Shown: one piece after another, positions 63,007-64,000 of the stretch | Position numbering within the stretch: position 1 is the first letter of the stretch | Layout of the letters: each line of letters opens with the position of its first letter | Virus record (IMG/VR): IMGVR_UViG_3300020048_000012 | Reading direction: 5' to 3' (one strand) | DNA length: 64,000 bases | Source: a virus | Made by a program: the position numbers and the translations under genes | The notes under the pieces: model-generated | What the model saw: the letters and a program-made list of their open reading frames with translations, nothing else | Databases searched by the model: none | What the model was told of the DNA's origin: nothing

Positions 63007-63083
63007 TGGTGCGAATGGCGGGACTCGAACCCGCAGATTATGGGTTTTAAGCCCACTGCCTATACCAATTCGGCTACATTCGC
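63007..63083 (-). tRNA. tRNA-Leu (TAA), short variable loop
   Basis: GTGGG-CTTAAAA-CCCAT; CCA. Confidence 0.88.
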
Positions 63084-63097
63084 ATACTAACTAATTC

Positions 63098-63185
63098 TGG
63101 CGGAGCATGTAGGAATCGAACCTACTCACCACTTACGCAGTGACAGATTAGCAATCTGTTGCCTTAACCGGTCGGCCAATGCTCC
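63098..63185 (-). tRNA. tRNA-Ser (GCT)
   Basis: ACAGA-TTGCTAA-TCTGT; long variable arm; G73; CCA. Confidence 0.93.
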
Positions 63186-63193
63186 TTAAAATT

Positions 63194-63268
63194 TGGTGCT
63201 TCGTGACAGATTCGAACTGCCGACCCTCGCCGTGTAAAAGCGTAGCTCTACCACTGAGCTAACGAAGC
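63194..63268 (-). tRNA. tRNA-Val (TAC)
   Basis: Loop TTTACAC; CCA. Confidence 0.9.
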
Positions 63269-63269
63269 A

Positions 63270-63503
63270 TTAACCATTTCGTCTACACTTATAGACATAT
63301 TCTAATCCATCTGGCAATACGCCATCATTGATACTATCAACACCAGATTTTCCAACTTGATTTGGATCTTCGCATACTGTTGTAACAAATGACATACCCA
63401 ATTTACGCATTCCTTCTGACACTTCTAACGCTCTAAGTAGAGTCGCTGTGTCTACAGCGTGTGACCAGTTTGTGACTGGATCAGTATAATACACTTTAAA
63501 CAT
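63270..63503 (-). CDS. Conserved hypothetical protein within tRNA cluster
   Basis: 77 aa; MFKVYYTDP...FVTTVCEDPNQVGK.GVD.I.DG.LPDG..Y. Confidence 0.75.
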   Translation of the reverse strand: MFKVYYTDPVTNWSHAVDTATLLRALEVSEGMRKLGMSFVTTVCEDPNQVGKSGVDSINDGVLPDGLEYVYKCRRNG

Positions 63504-63518
63504 AATTCACTTTATTTA

Positions 63519-63595
63519 TGGTGGGGATGGAGAGACTCGAACTCTCAGCTTACGGCTTCTAAGACCGCTGCGTCTACCAATTGCGCCACATCCCC
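63519..63595 (-). tRNA. tRNA-Leu (TAG), short variable loop
   Basis: GCGGT-CTTAGAA-GCCGT; CCA. Confidence 0.9.
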
Positions 63596-63604
63596 GAAAT
63601 ATAT

Positions 63605-63678
63605 TGGTCAGTGATGGAGGTACCGCCCCTCCGCTTCAAGTTTCCAAAACTCGTAGACTACTTTTATCTCAATCACTG
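63605..63678 (-). tRNA. tRNA-Pro (TGG), second copy
   Basis: Loop TTTGGAA; T-loop GGCGGTA; CCA. Confidence 0.75.
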
Positions 63679-63685
63679 ATTAATC

Positions 63686-63759
63686 TGGTGCCCCTTCAAG
63701 GAATTGAACCTCATTCTGATGCTTACAAGGCAACTGTAATACCAATATACTAAAAGGGC
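63686..63759 (-). tRNA. tRNA-Thr (TGT), second copy
   Basis: Loop CTTGTAA; CCA. Confidence 0.82.
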
Positions 63760-63763
63760 TTCT

Positions 63764-63834
63764 AATATTTGAGCATACTAACTGGATCCATCTCGCACTA
63801 GGTGCATCTCGGGCGATCAATATGCTCAAATATT
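63764..63834 (-). ncRNA. Stem-closed ncRNA cassette J
   Basis: Perfect 14-bp terminal inverted repeat. Confidence 0.45.
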
Positions 63835-63873
63835 GGAGCTGCTACGGAGAATCGAACTCCGCTTGTCGGGATG
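63834..63873 (-). pseudogene. 3' half of a tRNA (starts in the anticodon loop)
   Basis: CATCCCGAC-AAG-CGGAG-TTCGATT-CTCCG-TAGCAGC-T-CCA; 5' half absent. Confidence 0.65.
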
Positions 63874-63876
63874 ATC

Positions 63877-63951
63877 TGGAGTCGCATACGGGAATCGAAC
63901 CCGTCTCTACAGCATGAAAGGCTGTTGATCTAACCGATAATCTAATGCGAC
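63877..63951 (-). tRNA. tRNA-Glu (TTC)
   Basis: ACAGC-CTTTCAT-GCTGT; CCA. Confidence 0.88.
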
Positions 63952-64000
63952 ATTGTTCTACCTTGTTTAAATCCTTCTGGTATTATATCACTATCTTTTA

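Noticed and set aside
55640-64000. CRISPR array or mini-array
   Set aside because: The repeats are inverted and differ between cassettes; there is no constant direct repeat with regular spacers. The exonuclease at 37495 is a common stand-alone phage type.
1-64000. Alternative genetic code or stop-codon reassignment
   Set aside because: All core genes read full length in the standard code; no CTA or TTA suppressor tRNA in the window.

Overview
64-kb piece of a T4-like (Tevenvirinae/Straboviridae-type, distant from T4 itself) myophage genome, mostly minus-strand and standard genetic code. 1-31.6 kb: tail fibre/baseplate module (collar-domain fibre, DUF4815-type protein, gp8, gp7, gp6, gp25, PAAR gp5.4, gp5.1, gp5, hub, gp53, gp48, then divergent gp4, gp2, gp54, gp16, gp26, gp51, gp29). 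31.6-55.6 kb: gp32, gp59, gp33, ClpP, cell-wall hydrolases, PhoH, DexA, RNA ligase, topoisomerase II (gp39-60, gp52), many small early genes, three GIY-YIG-like homing endonucleases and a chorismatase/2OG-Fe(II)/CDGSH trio. 55.6-64 kb: a cluster of about 36 tRNAs interleaved with many structured non-tRNA RNAs. Best leads, all found by eye and needing computation: (1) a circularly permuted two-piece tmRNA whose coding piece was invaded by a homing endonuclease that brought a replacement tag end and hairpin; (2) a candidate RNase P-like RNA, possibly circularly permuted; (3) a ~315-nt stem-closed RNA with a 7-nt repeat core directly behind a coiled-coil gene; (4) at least nine stem-closed ncRNA cassettes and several aberrant tRNA-like RNAs; (5) a probable -1 frameshift fusing gp26 to gp51; (6) a four-block non-coding element present twice 34 kb apart (origin-like).
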